Positions 8,412 through 16,494 of a stretch of DNA of 20,988 nt are shown piece after piece. The position numbers and the translations under genes are program-made. The stretch covers positions 1 to 20,988 of the forward strand of contig JBIOWP010000108.1 in NCBI GenBank assembly GCA_044868695.1, in the 5' to 3' direction. Position 1 is the first letter of the stretch. Every line of letters begins with the position of its first letter. Source of the stretch: a bacterium (lineage in GTDB: Bacteria; Sysuimicrobiota; Sysuimicrobiia; Sysuimicrobiales; Kaftiobacteriaceae). Below the pieces are notes generated by a model that was not told where the DNA came from, ran no database searches, and worked only from the letters and a program-made list of their open reading frames with translations.

Positions 8412-8942
8412 GTGGCGCAGCCGACGTTCGAGAACCGCAAGGATCGGGTCTTCCTCCGCGCCATCCAGGGCGAGTACAGCCTCAAAGACGAGCTCCGCCG
8501 TTTGCGCGCTCTGCCGCGGGTGCGGCGGGCGGACGAGATCAGCTTCATCGACGGACCCCAGGCATTTTCCAAGCACTACCTCCATCCCGAGGACAACCTC
8601 GGCCAGACACTGCATCTGCACCTCGAAGAGTACGCGCCCGGCGGCCGCTCCCAGATGCACTTCCACGTCAACGAGGCGATCTTCTACATTCTGGACGGCA
8701 AAGGTTTTGAGATCCACGACGGCGTCCGCTACGAGTGGGAAGCCGGCGATGTGGCCATCGTCCCCAACCACACCGTGCACCAGCACAACAACGCCGACCC
8801 GCAGCGCCCCGCCCGCGTGCTGGTGATGAAGACCAAGCCGATGTTCATCTTTATGAACATGCTGTTCCAGAAAACCGTCATCCCGCGTCCCAAGGAGCCC
8901 AGCCCCACCGGGACGGGCTTCGTGCCGCGGAAAGATGAGTAG
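8412..8942 (+). CDS. Cupin domain protein (monocupin 1)
   Basis: GTG start after SD GGGAGG (8402-8407). Cupin motifs GGRSQMHFHVNEAIFYILDGKG and GDVAIVPNHTVHQHNN. Confidence 0.88.
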   Translation: MAQPTFENRKDRVFLRAIQGEYSLKDELRRLRALPRVRRADEISFIDGPQAFSKHYLHPEDNLGQTLHLHLEEYAPGGRSQMHFHVNEAIFYILDGKGFEIHDGVRYEWEAGDVAIVPNHTVHQHNNADPQRPARVLVMKTKPMFIFMNMLFQKTVIPRPKEPSPTGTGFVPRKDE

Positions 8943-8967
8943 ACCTGACAACGCGTAGGGAGCACTG

Positions 8968-9573
8968 ATGGCCTGGGGCGAAAGCAAGGTCTGGCAGCGG
9001 GGGACGCTGCAGTCCGACTTCTACCGGCAGCTGCTGGTCGACGCGGCCGAACGGCCGGCGCGCAGCAGCAAGCGGCGGCGCCTGCTAAAGCCTGACGAGA
9101 TGCCGTGGGAACTGTCCCCGCACGGGCTGCTCAAGCACATGGTCAACGAGCAGCTGCACACGCGCGGGGAGACGATCGACATCTACATGCAGGTCATCCC
9201 GCCGGGCAGCCGCTCGGGTCGGCACCGCCACTTCGCCGAGGAGGCGTTCTACGTCGCCGAGGGCGCCGGGTACGACCTGCACTGGGACTGCGACGTGGAG
9301 TCCGACGAACGCGGCTGGCGCTGGATCGTCCCCGATACGCCGCAGCGGTTCGAGTGGGAGGCCGGGGATGTTGTGTACATCCCCCCGGCCACGATCCACC
9401 AGCACGTCAACGGGGGCTCCGAGAAGCCGGCCCGCATCGTCTCGGCCACCAACCGGGTCTACAAGTGGTCGGGGCTCAACAACCTGGAACAGCTCGAGAA
9501 CGCTCCGGAATACGACGCCGGGATCTCACTGCAGGACCTGCTGCGCGCCCTGACCTTCGACGTCGTACGGTAA
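8968..9573 (+). CDS. Cupin domain protein (monocupin 2)
   Basis: SD GGGAG upstream. Cupin motifs GSRSGRHRHFAEEAFYVAEGAG and GDVVYIPPATIHQHVN. Confidence 0.88.
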   Translation: MAWGESKVWQRGTLQSDFYRQLLVDAAERPARSSKRRRLLKPDEMPWELSPHGLLKHMVNEQLHTRGETIDIYMQVIPPGSRSGRHRHFAEEAFYVAEGAGYDLHWDCDVESDERGWRWIVPDTPQRFEWEAGDVVYIPPATIHQHVNGGSEKPARIVSATNRVYKWSGLNNLEQLENAPEYDAGISLQDLLRALTFDVVR

Positions 9574-9592
9574 GTTCGCCCGGAGGTATCCG

Positions 9593-10867
9593 ATGGCGGT
9601 GACAGAGCGCACGGGGCAGTCGTTCGCGGATCTCGTCGCCGACGATCCCAGCCAATTCCGCGTGCACGGGTCGGTGTACACGGACCCGGATGTGTTCGCC
9701 GCGGAGATGGAACGCATCTACGAGCGCGCGTGGGTGTACGCCGGCCACGACACCGAGCTCACCGCCGCCGGCGACTACAAAACCATCCTGGTCGGCACCC
9801 AGCCGGTCATCCTGTCCCGCCACGAAGATGGGAAGGTCTACGCGCTGTACAACCGGTGCCGCCACCGCGGCGCGGTCGTCTGCCGCCAGGAACGCGGCCA
9901 CTCCAATTTCTTCCGCTGCCGCTACCACAACTGGGTCTACGCGAACAACGGCAGCCTCATCGGCATGTCGCAGAGCACCGGCTACCCCGATGACTTCGAC
10001 CGCGGCGAGTACGGGCTGGTCCCGGTGTCCAGGATCGCGAACTACCGGGGTTTGATCTTCGTGAGTCTCGCCGACGACGGGCCCAGCTTCGAGGAACATC
10101 TCGCCCCGGTGCGCAAATACGTGGACGCGTGGCTGGGGCGGTCGCCCGCGGAGCAGATCGAACTGGTCCTCCCGCCGCACCGCTACGAGTACCCGGGCAA
10201 CTGGAAGCTCCAGGCGGAGAACGGCTACGACGGCTATCACGGGAACTACGTTCACCTGTCGTGGCAGCGGGTGCTGCAGCTGTCGCGGGAATCCACCGTC
10301 GAAGAGGTGCAGAAGTACCGGCAGGAAGGGGCGGCCCGCGGCCTGATGAACGGGCACGGGCTGCTGGAGCGGCCGGGCAGCCTCAATCCCGCGTCCAGCT
10401 GGACTGCGCGCATGATGGACCGCTACCCGGAGTACGCGAAGGCGATGAGCGCGAAGTACAGCGAGGCGCAGTTGATCGACCTCTCCGCGCGGCGCAACAT
10501 CTTCATCTTCCCGAACCTCTACCTCTTCGACACCCACCTGCGGGTGATCGTGCCGGAAGCGCCCAACCGCACCGAGGTGCAGCTGTACGTGTATGCGCTC
10601 GGTGGCGTCCCGGATGCCATCAACGAAGGGCGCATCCGCGGTCACGAGCGCTTCTACGGCCCCGCGGGGTTCGGCGCCCCCGACGACATCGAGGTGTTTA
10701 CCGAAGTCCAGACGGGCATGCGGGCGCGCGGGAACGAGTGGAACCTGTTCAGCCGCGGGCAGCACCGCGAGCGGGTCGAGAACGGCGAACGCGTCAGCCA
10801 CACGACCGATGAAACCCCGCAGCGCGCGCTGTACCGGCAGTGGCGGCTGGAGATGTCGCGTCCCTAG
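9593..10867 (+). CDS. Rieske non-heme iron oxygenase alpha subunit (benzoate/p-cumate-like group)
   Basis: SD GGAGG. Motifs FRVHGSVYTD, Rieske NRCRHRG...FRCRYHNW, Fe motif NWKLQAENGYDGYHGNYVH, and GFGAPDDIEVF. Confidence 0.93.
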   Translation: MAVTERTGQSFADLVADDPSQFRVHGSVYTDPDVFAAEMERIYERAWVYAGHDTELTAAGDYKTILVGTQPVILSRHEDGKVYALYNRCRHRGAVVCRQERGHSNFFRCRYHNWVYANNGSLIGMSQSTGYPDDFDRGEYGLVPVSRIANYRGLIFVSLADDGPSFEEHLAPVRKYVDAWLGRSPAEQIELVLPPHRYEYPGNWKLQAENGYDGYHGNYVHLSWQRVLQLSRESTVEEVQKYRQEGAARGLMNGHGLLERPGSLNPASSWTARMMDRYPEYAKAMSAKYSEAQLIDLSARRNIFIFPNLYLFDTHLRVIVPEAPNRTEVQLYVYALGGVPDAINEGRIRGHERFYGPAGFGAPDDIEVFTEVQTGMRARGNEWNLFSRGQHRERVENGERVSHTTDETPQRALYRQWRLEMSRP

Positions 10868-11398
10868 ATGGAGAGGCGGACCCGCACGTCACGCCCCGCA
10901 CCTCCGGCAGCGCTGTCCGCCATGGACGCCGAGCGCTTCCTGTTCGCCGAAGCGCGGCTGCTCGATGAACGCCGCTTCGAGGAGTGGGAGGCGCTGTTCA
11001 CCGAGGACGGCAGTTACTGGGTGCCGATCGATCCCGCCAAAGCGGCCGGGCAGGGGATCTCGATCATCTCCGACGACCGCAAGCGCCTCCATGAACGGGT
11101 CTACCGGCTGACGCAGACGCCGGTGCTGGACCAGAACCCGCCCTCCCGCACGATGCGGCTCGTCTCCAACGTGGAGATCGAGCCGGATGGGAAGGAGACA
11201 CGGCTGCGCTGCCGCCAGCTGATTACAGAATTGCGGCCGGGCGGACTGGGACAGGCTGGCCTCAACGTGGTACGGCTGTTCCCCGCGACCTGTGAGTACC
11301 GGCTGCGCCGGGTCGGCGGCGCCTGGAAGATCGTCCAGAAGAAAGTCGTGCTGCTCGACTCCGATCAGCCACACTACAACCTCTCATTCATCCCCTAG
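10868..11398 (+). CDS. Aromatic ring-hydroxylating oxygenase beta subunit
   Basis: Motifs FLFAEARLLDERRFEEW, YWVP, PPSRTMRLVSNV and WKIVQKKVVL. It abuts the alpha stop codon, with an alternative ATG at 10922. Confidence 0.92.
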   Translation: MERRTRTSRPAPPAALSAMDAERFLFAEARLLDERRFEEWEALFTEDGSYWVPIDPAKAAGQGISIISDDRKRLHERVYRLTQTPVLDQNPPSRTMRLVSNVEIEPDGKETRLRCRQLITELRPGGLGQAGLNVVRLFPATCEYRLRRVGGAWKIVQKKVVLLDSDQPHYNLSFIP

Positions 11399-11404
11399 CC
11401 TGCG

Positions 11405-11866
11405 ATGAGCCACGCCGCGTTTACCGACACGCCGCTCGGGCACCTGGGCAACGTCGAGGTCAGCAAATACGAGACGGCGACCGGAGCGCGCCTGTGCCTC
11501 CGGAGCCGCGCCCCGCGCGCGGTCGAGGCCTACCTGGATCCGCTCGAGCTCGAAGGGCTCACCCGTGTCCGCTACAAACCCATCCCGCTGCTGCCGCCCA
11601 AGACGGACCCTCACGAGGAAGGCGCGCTGCGGTCGGGTGGCACGATGGAGCCGCTGGGGAACGAGTTCGCGTTGGTAGGCGTGGGCGTGGCGCGCGTAGG
11701 AAAAGAAGAGGCGCTCCTCATCCGGGACATGAATGCCGGGCAGGCCGTGTTCCTGCGCGCGCATGAACTGGAAGCCCTCCTCCGCGTCAGGCACAGCGAT
11801 TTCGCTCCCCTGGTCGACACGAGCGATCTTGTCGCCATCCACGAACCCGACATTGATCAGGCCTGA
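11405..11866 (+). CDS. Hypothetical protein with two internal repeats, resembling the small accessory ORF of Gram-positive phthalate dioxygenase operons
   Basis: Repeat 1 is LGNVEV...ARLCLR...YLDPLELEGLTRVRY and repeat 2 is LGNEFALV...ALLIR...FLRAHELEALLRVRH. The gene starts 6 bp after the beta gene. Confidence 0.75.
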   Translation: MSHAAFTDTPLGHLGNVEVSKYETATGARLCLRSRAPRAVEAYLDPLELEGLTRVRYKPIPLLPPKTDPHEEGALRSGGTMEPLGNEFALVGVGVARVGKEEALLIRDMNAGQAVFLRAHELEALLRVRHSDFAPLVDTSDLVAIHEPDIDQA

Positions 11867-11894
11867 GAATCGTGAATCGTGATTCGTGAATCGT
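11867..11894 (+). repeat. Heptamer tandem repeat (GAATCGT)x4 with one mismatch
   Basis: GAATCGT GAATCGT GATTCGT GAATCGT directly follows the stop codon at 11866. Confidence 0.9.
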
Positions 11895-13019
11895 AGAACG
11901 GACAGGACAGCGGCCGGCCGCACGGTTACTGCTGCGGTCGCGGTGGGGCCGCTGCGTACGGAACTGCGGCAGCTCCCGGTCCCAGCCGTGGGGCCCGACG
12001 ACGGCCTCCTGACCGTCGACGCGTGCGGTCTGTGCGGGACCGACTGGGACTTCTACACGCGGCAGCGCGGGGCGCACCTCGGCCCGCTGATCCTGGGCCA
12101 CGAAATCGTCGGGCGCGTGGCGCAGATCGGAGAGCGCGCGGCGCAGCGCTGGCACGTCCGGCCCGGTGACCGGGTCGCCGTGGAGGAGTTCCTCCCGTGC
12201 GGGGAGTGCGAGTTCTGCCGCACGGGCCGGCCGGCCCTGTGCGAGGCCACCGACTCGCGGTCGGAACAACCCTTCCTGCGCTACGGCGCGACACCGATCG
12301 ATGTGCCTCCCGGGCTGTGGGGCGGGTTCAGCGAGATGCTGTACCTGCATCCCCGCGCGCTTGTGCACCGCATCCCCGACGATGTCACCTCAGACCTTGC
12401 GACCCTGTTCGTGCCGATCTCCAACGGCGTCCGCTGGGTGCTCAAGGAAGGACGGCTGCCCCGCGGGGGCACGGCGGTCATCATCGGCCCCGGCGCGCAC
12501 GGGCTGGGGTGCGTCGTGGCCGCGCTCGAGGGCGGCGCGAAGCACGTCATCGCCGTCGGCCGCACCCCCGGGCCGCGGCTGGACGCCGCCCGCGCGGTCG
12601 GGGCCACGCCGCTCGAGGCCGGCCGCACCGACGTGGTCGCCGCGGTTCGCGAGCTCACGCGCGGAGCGCTGGCCGACCTGATCGTGGACCTCGCCCCGGG
12701 AGCACCTGAGACCGTGGAGACGGCGCTCGCGCTCGCCCGGAAAGGCGCCACGATCATCCTGGCGGCATCCAAGCGAGGGAAACCGGTCATCGCGCCGCTG
12801 AACGACATCGTGATCCGCAAAGAACTCACCGTCAAAGGAGTCCGCGGCCGCGACTACGAGTCGGTGGAGGAGGCGCTGCGGATCATCCAGTCCCGCCGGT
12901 ATCCGCTGGAGCAATTCCGCACTCACGAGTTTCCGCTGGACCGGTCCGATCAGGCGCTCCGCGTGCAGGGTGAACGCACCGATCCACGCGCGATCCATGT
13001 GACGGTCGTGCCTGCATAG
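11886..13019 (+). CDS. Zn-dependent medium-chain dehydrogenase/reductase (threonine/sorbitol dehydrogenase-like)
   Basis: Catalytic Zn motifs CGTD and GHE, structural Zn motif CGECEFC-x7-C, and Rossmann motif GPGAHG. The start codon is uncertain because the GTG lies inside the tandem repeat. Confidence 0.9.
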   Translation: MNRRTDRTAAGRTVTAAVAVGPLRTELRQLPVPAVGPDDGLLTVDACGLCGTDWDFYTRQRGAHLGPLILGHEIVGRVAQIGERAAQRWHVRPGDRVAVEEFLPCGECEFCRTGRPALCEATDSRSEQPFLRYGATPIDVPPGLWGGFSEMLYLHPRALVHRIPDDVTSDLATLFVPISNGVRWVLKEGRLPRGGTAVIIGPGAHGLGCVVAALEGGAKHVIAVGRTPGPRLDAARAVGATPLEAGRTDVVAAVRELTRGALADLIVDLAPGAPETVETALALARKGATIILAASKRGKPVIAPLNDIVIRKELTVKGVRGRDYESVEEALRIIQSRRYPLEQFRTHEFPLDRSDQALRVQGERTDPRAIHVTVVPA

Positions 13020-13052
13020 CGTGCGAGGCAGCCTCGGGCAGGCCTGGTGCTC

Positions 13053-13100
13053 CGAAACGCCGGAGCGTTGAAATGTTGAAACGTTCCAACGCTTCAACAG
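13053..13100 (+). repeat. Degenerate octamer tandem repeat with self-complementarity
   Basis: Units read CGAAACGC CGGAGCGT TGAAATGT TGAAACGT TCCAACGC TTCAACAG. GTTGAA can pair with TTCAAC. Confidence 0.5.
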
Positions 13101-13168
13101 GGACCTGGAATTCGAAGGTGGGGGCCCCGCGCGGCGCGAATCCCGATTCCCATCCGGAGGTGAGCCAC

Positions 13169-13639
13169 GTGGCCAAGCGCACCATCGACGAAACTACCGA
13201 GCGGGAAGAGTTTCGCAAAAAACACCTCTACGAAGGAATGTCCTTCAAGAACCTCCGGGCGCATCCGGTCCATCAGCGGAAATTGCGCGGAAGCGCGTCG
13301 GCGCACTTCGCCCTGTCGGGGAACAAGAATCTGGACGCGCACATCAGCGAACTGCCGCCGGGCGGGCACAACAAACGGCACCGCCACGTCAACGAAGCGA
13401 TCATCTACATCCTGTCCGGACGCGGGTATTCCATTATCCAGAATGGCGAGGAGCCGCCGGTGCGGATCGACTGGCAGGAAGGCGACATGTTCTCGCCGCC
13501 GCTGTGGTGGTGGCACCAGCACTTCAACACCGACCCGCAGCGGCCCGCCCGTTACCTCGCCGTGACCAACGCGCCGCTCATGATTACCATGGGGCTCTTC
13601 AAGAAAGAGCAGGCGGTGGACGACGACCAGGGGGGGTAG
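13169..13639 (+). CDS. Cupin domain protein (monocupin 3)
   Basis: GTG start after SD GGAGGTG (13156-13162). Cupin motifs GGHNKRHRHVNEAIIYILSGRG and GDMFSPPLWWWHQHFN. Confidence 0.88.
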   Translation: MAKRTIDETTEREEFRKKHLYEGMSFKNLRAHPVHQRKLRGSASAHFALSGNKNLDAHISELPPGGHNKRHRHVNEAIIYILSGRGYSIIQNGEEPPVRIDWQEGDMFSPPLWWWHQHFNTDPQRPARYLAVTNAPLMITMGLFKKEQAVDDDQGG

Positions 13640-13649
13640 GTGCGGAGCG

Positions 13650-14732
13650 ATGAGAGGAACCGGCAGGAGCAACCCAGTCGTGGCGGGCCTGATCCTGGTC
13701 TGCGCGCTCATGGTGGCGCAGACCGGCGCGGCCCCGCCGGCCTCAGGGGCCACGGCGGTCGCCGAGGTCGCCCTGTACAGGGGCCCGGACCGGCAGGCGA
13801 AGCTGGAGGCCGGCGCCCGCGAAGAGGGCGCACTGATGATGTACACCTCGATGGACCTCGAAGAATCTCAACCCATCATCGCCGCGTTCAGCAAGAAGTA
13901 CCCGTTCATCAAGGGCGAGGTGTACCGGGCGCCCGGCGAAGACGTCGCGCAGAAGATCATCACCGAATATCGCGGACGCAAGTACATCGCCGACGTCTTC
14001 GAGGGCACCGGGATCGACGTCGCCAAGATGCTCAACGAAGGGTACGGGACGCGGTTCTATACTCCGCGCGCCGGCGCGTTCGGGCGCCAGGCCAAAGATC
14101 CCAAGGAGTCCTGGGTGGCCACGCGCTACAACATCCTGGTCGCCGCCTGGAACGTGAACGCGGTCACCGACGCCGACTCGCCCAAGACCTATGACGACCT
14201 GCTGGATCCGAAGTGGCGCGGGAAGGTCGGTATCGAGGCCACGGACCAGGTCTGGCTGGGGACGCTGCTGGAACTGTGGGGAGAAGCGAAAGCGATGGAG
14301 TTCTTCCGGCGGTTGAGCGCGCAGCAGCCGCTGGTCCGCACGGGGCATACCCTGCTGGCGGAACTCATCGTCGCCGGCGAGGTGCCGATGTCGCCGACGA
14401 TCTACAATCACCGCGCCGAACGGCTCAAGTCGCGGCGCGCGCCGATCGACTGGCGCCCGCTGCAGCCGGCCGTCGCGGTGCCGCACGTGGTCTCGGTGCC
14501 GGCGAACGCCCCGCACCCGCACGTCGCCATGCTCTTCGTCGATTTCCTCCTATCCCCGGAAGGACAGGCGGAGCTGGTCAAGCTCGGGCGCATTCCCGCG
14601 CACCCGCTGGTGAATGCGAACCCGCCGTATCTGAACCAGGGGTTTGCGTATCGCGTCATTGATCCGAACACGTTTCTGACCAAATTCGCGCGCTACGATC
14701 AGCTCTGGCAAGAGCTGTTCATCCGCCGCTAA
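13650..14732 (+). CDS. ABC transporter extracellular solute-binding protein (paralog of 4470-5492)
   Basis: N-terminal signal-like segment and motifs GAREEGALMMY, DDLLDPKWRGKV and APHPHVAMLFVDF. Confidence 0.92.
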   Translation: MRGTGRSNPVVAGLILVCALMVAQTGAAPPASGATAVAEVALYRGPDRQAKLEAGAREEGALMMYTSMDLEESQPIIAAFSKKYPFIKGEVYRAPGEDVAQKIITEYRGRKYIADVFEGTGIDVAKMLNEGYGTRFYTPRAGAFGRQAKDPKESWVATRYNILVAAWNVNAVTDADSPKTYDDLLDPKWRGKVGIEATDQVWLGTLLELWGEAKAMEFFRRLSAQQPLVRTGHTLLAELIVAGEVPMSPTIYNHRAERLKSRRAPIDWRPLQPAVAVPHVVSVPANAPHPHVAMLFVDFLLSPEGQAELVKLGRIPAHPLVNANPPYLNQGFAYRVIDPNTFLTKFARYDQLWQELFIRR

Positions 14733-14746
14733 CGCCGGGCCACAGA

Positions 14747-16492
14747 ATGGCACACGCCGCGCCCGCTCCGGTGAGGGTCCTTCGCCCGCCGCTGCGGGCG
14801 CGGGTGTCTCTGCAGGCGCTGCTGCCGGCCGTGACCGCGGTCGTGGTCGCGTACCTGACGCTCCTGCCCCTGGCGTTTCTCCTCTACGGCACCTTCTTCA
14901 CCCCCACCGTCGGCGGCCAAGCCGGGGTGTTCACGCTGCAGAACTACGTCCACGCCTACACCGACCGGGCGGCGCTCACCATCCTGGCGAATTCCATGCT
15001 CTTCTCGGTGGGGACGATGCTCGTGGCCCTGGTGATCGGCACCGCCCTCGCCTGGATCACGGAACGCACGAACACGCCGCTGCGCGGCCTGTTCTTCGCC
15101 GTGAGCCTGGTGCCCCTGATTATCCCCGGGATCCTGTTCACGTTGAGTTGGATCTTCTTGCTCAGCCCACGGATCGGGCTGGTGAACCTGTGGGTGATGC
15201 AGCTGTTCGGCCTGCGCGCCGCGCCGTTCGACATCTACTCCATGGGAGGCATGATCTGGGTAGACGGGCTGCACTGGTCTCCCATTGTGTATCTGATGAT
15301 GGCGGCCTCGTTTCGCTCGATGGACCCGGCGCTGGAGGAAGCCGCGCTGATGTCGGGGAGCAGCCTCCTGCGCACCTTCACGCAGGTCACGCTGAAGCTC
15401 AACGTGCCCGCGATCCTCGGTGCCAGCCTCCTGCTCTTCCTGAGGGGCTTGGAATCGTTCGAGGTCCCAGCGATCATCGGGCTCCCGGCGCGGATCCACG
15501 TCTTCACCTCGCGGATCTACCTGGCCATCAAGACCTACCCGTCGGACTTCGGGCTGGCCGGCGCGTACTCGACGATCCTGCTCCTGTTGACGCTGGGCGG
15601 GATCTTCCTGTACGGCCGGATCACCCGGGAGGCGTCGCGCTTTGCCACCATCACGGGGAAGGGCTTCCGGCCGCGGGTCATCGATCTCGGCCTCTGGCGC
15701 TATCCGGCCGCGGCCATCATCGTGGCGTATCTGGGCGTGATGGTCGTTCTGCCGGTGTTCGTCCTGCTGTGGAACTCGGTCCTGCCCTTCTACATGCGGC
15801 CGTCGGTGCAGGCGCTGTCCATGCTGACGACGGAGAATTACACGTTCCTGCTCGGTCTGCCCAAGACGACGCGGGCTGTTGTGAACAGTATCGGCCTCGC
15901 GGCGGGCAGCGCCACGATCGTCATGCTCATGACATCCGTGCTCGCCTGGACCACGGTCCGGGCCCGCGTCCGGGGCCGGTGGCTGCTGGACCACCTGACA
16001 TCGCTGCCGCTGATCTTTCCCGGCATCGTGATGGGCGTGGCGCTGATCTGGGTCTACCTGACCCTCCCGGTCCCCATCTACGGCACGGTCTGGATCCTGC
16101 TCATCGCCTACGTCACCCGGTACCTGCCCTACGGGATGCGCACCGCGTCGGCCGCGCTGCTTCAGATCCACAGGGAACTGGAAGAAGCGGCCGAGACCAG
16201 CGGCGCGTCGTGGGGCCAGACCTTTGTGCGGATCGTGCTCCCGCTGCTGCAGCCGGCGCTGCTGGCCGGATGGATCTACGTCGTCATCGTGTCGATCCGG
16301 GAGCTCTCCAGCAGTATTCTTCTGTGGGGGCCGGGGGCGGAGGTGCTGTCCGTCTACATCTTTGACCTGTGGAACACGGGCCATGCGCAGGAGCTGTCGG
16401 CGCTGGGGCTGATGCTGGTTGTCTTTCTCTTCATACTGGCCACCATCTCCCGCACGATCAGCCAGCGGTCCGGCGTCGCGGCGGAGCATTAG
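14747..16492 (+). CDS. ABC transporter permease, FbpB-like (paralog of 2736-4454)
   Basis: 581 aa and hydrophobic, with EAA loops DPALEEAALMSG and HRELEEAAETSGA. Confidence 0.93.
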   Translation: MAHAAPAPVRVLRPPLRARVSLQALLPAVTAVVVAYLTLLPLAFLLYGTFFTPTVGGQAGVFTLQNYVHAYTDRAALTILANSMLFSVGTMLVALVIGTALAWITERTNTPLRGLFFAVSLVPLIIPGILFTLSWIFLLSPRIGLVNLWVMQLFGLRAAPFDIYSMGGMIWVDGLHWSPIVYLMMAASFRSMDPALEEAALMSGSSLLRTFTQVTLKLNVPAILGASLLLFLRGLESFEVPAIIGLPARIHVFTSRIYLAIKTYPSDFGLAGAYSTILLLLTLGGIFLYGRITREASRFATITGKGFRPRVIDLGLWRYPAAAIIVAYLGVMVVLPVFVLLWNSVLPFYMRPSVQALSMLTTENYTFLLGLPKTTRAVVNSIGLAAGSATIVMLMTSVLAWTTVRARVRGRWLLDHLTSLPLIFPGIVMGVALIWVYLTLPVPIYGTVWILLIAYVTRYLPYGMRTASAALLQIHRELEEAAETSGASWGQTFVRIVLPLLQPALLAGWIYVVIVSIRELSSSILLWGPGAEVLSVYIFDLWNTGHAQELSALGLMLVVFLFILATISRTISQRSGVAAEH

Positions 16493-16494
16493 CC

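Noticed and set aside
7069..10867. Assigning specific gene symbols (nagG, tphA2, benA, cmtAb) to the Rieske alpha subunits
   Set aside because: Motifs place them only in broad groups, and substrate cannot be inferred without phylogeny or assay.
11867..11894. Possible CRISPR array
   Set aside because: The units are 7 bp with no spacers, and there are no cas genes.
14729..16489. Long antisense ORFs (586 aa here, also 1505-2662, 4269-5483, 7021-8298, 9476-10801, 20235-20975)
   Set aside because: Each mirrors a well-supported gene on the other strand and lacks domain motifs.
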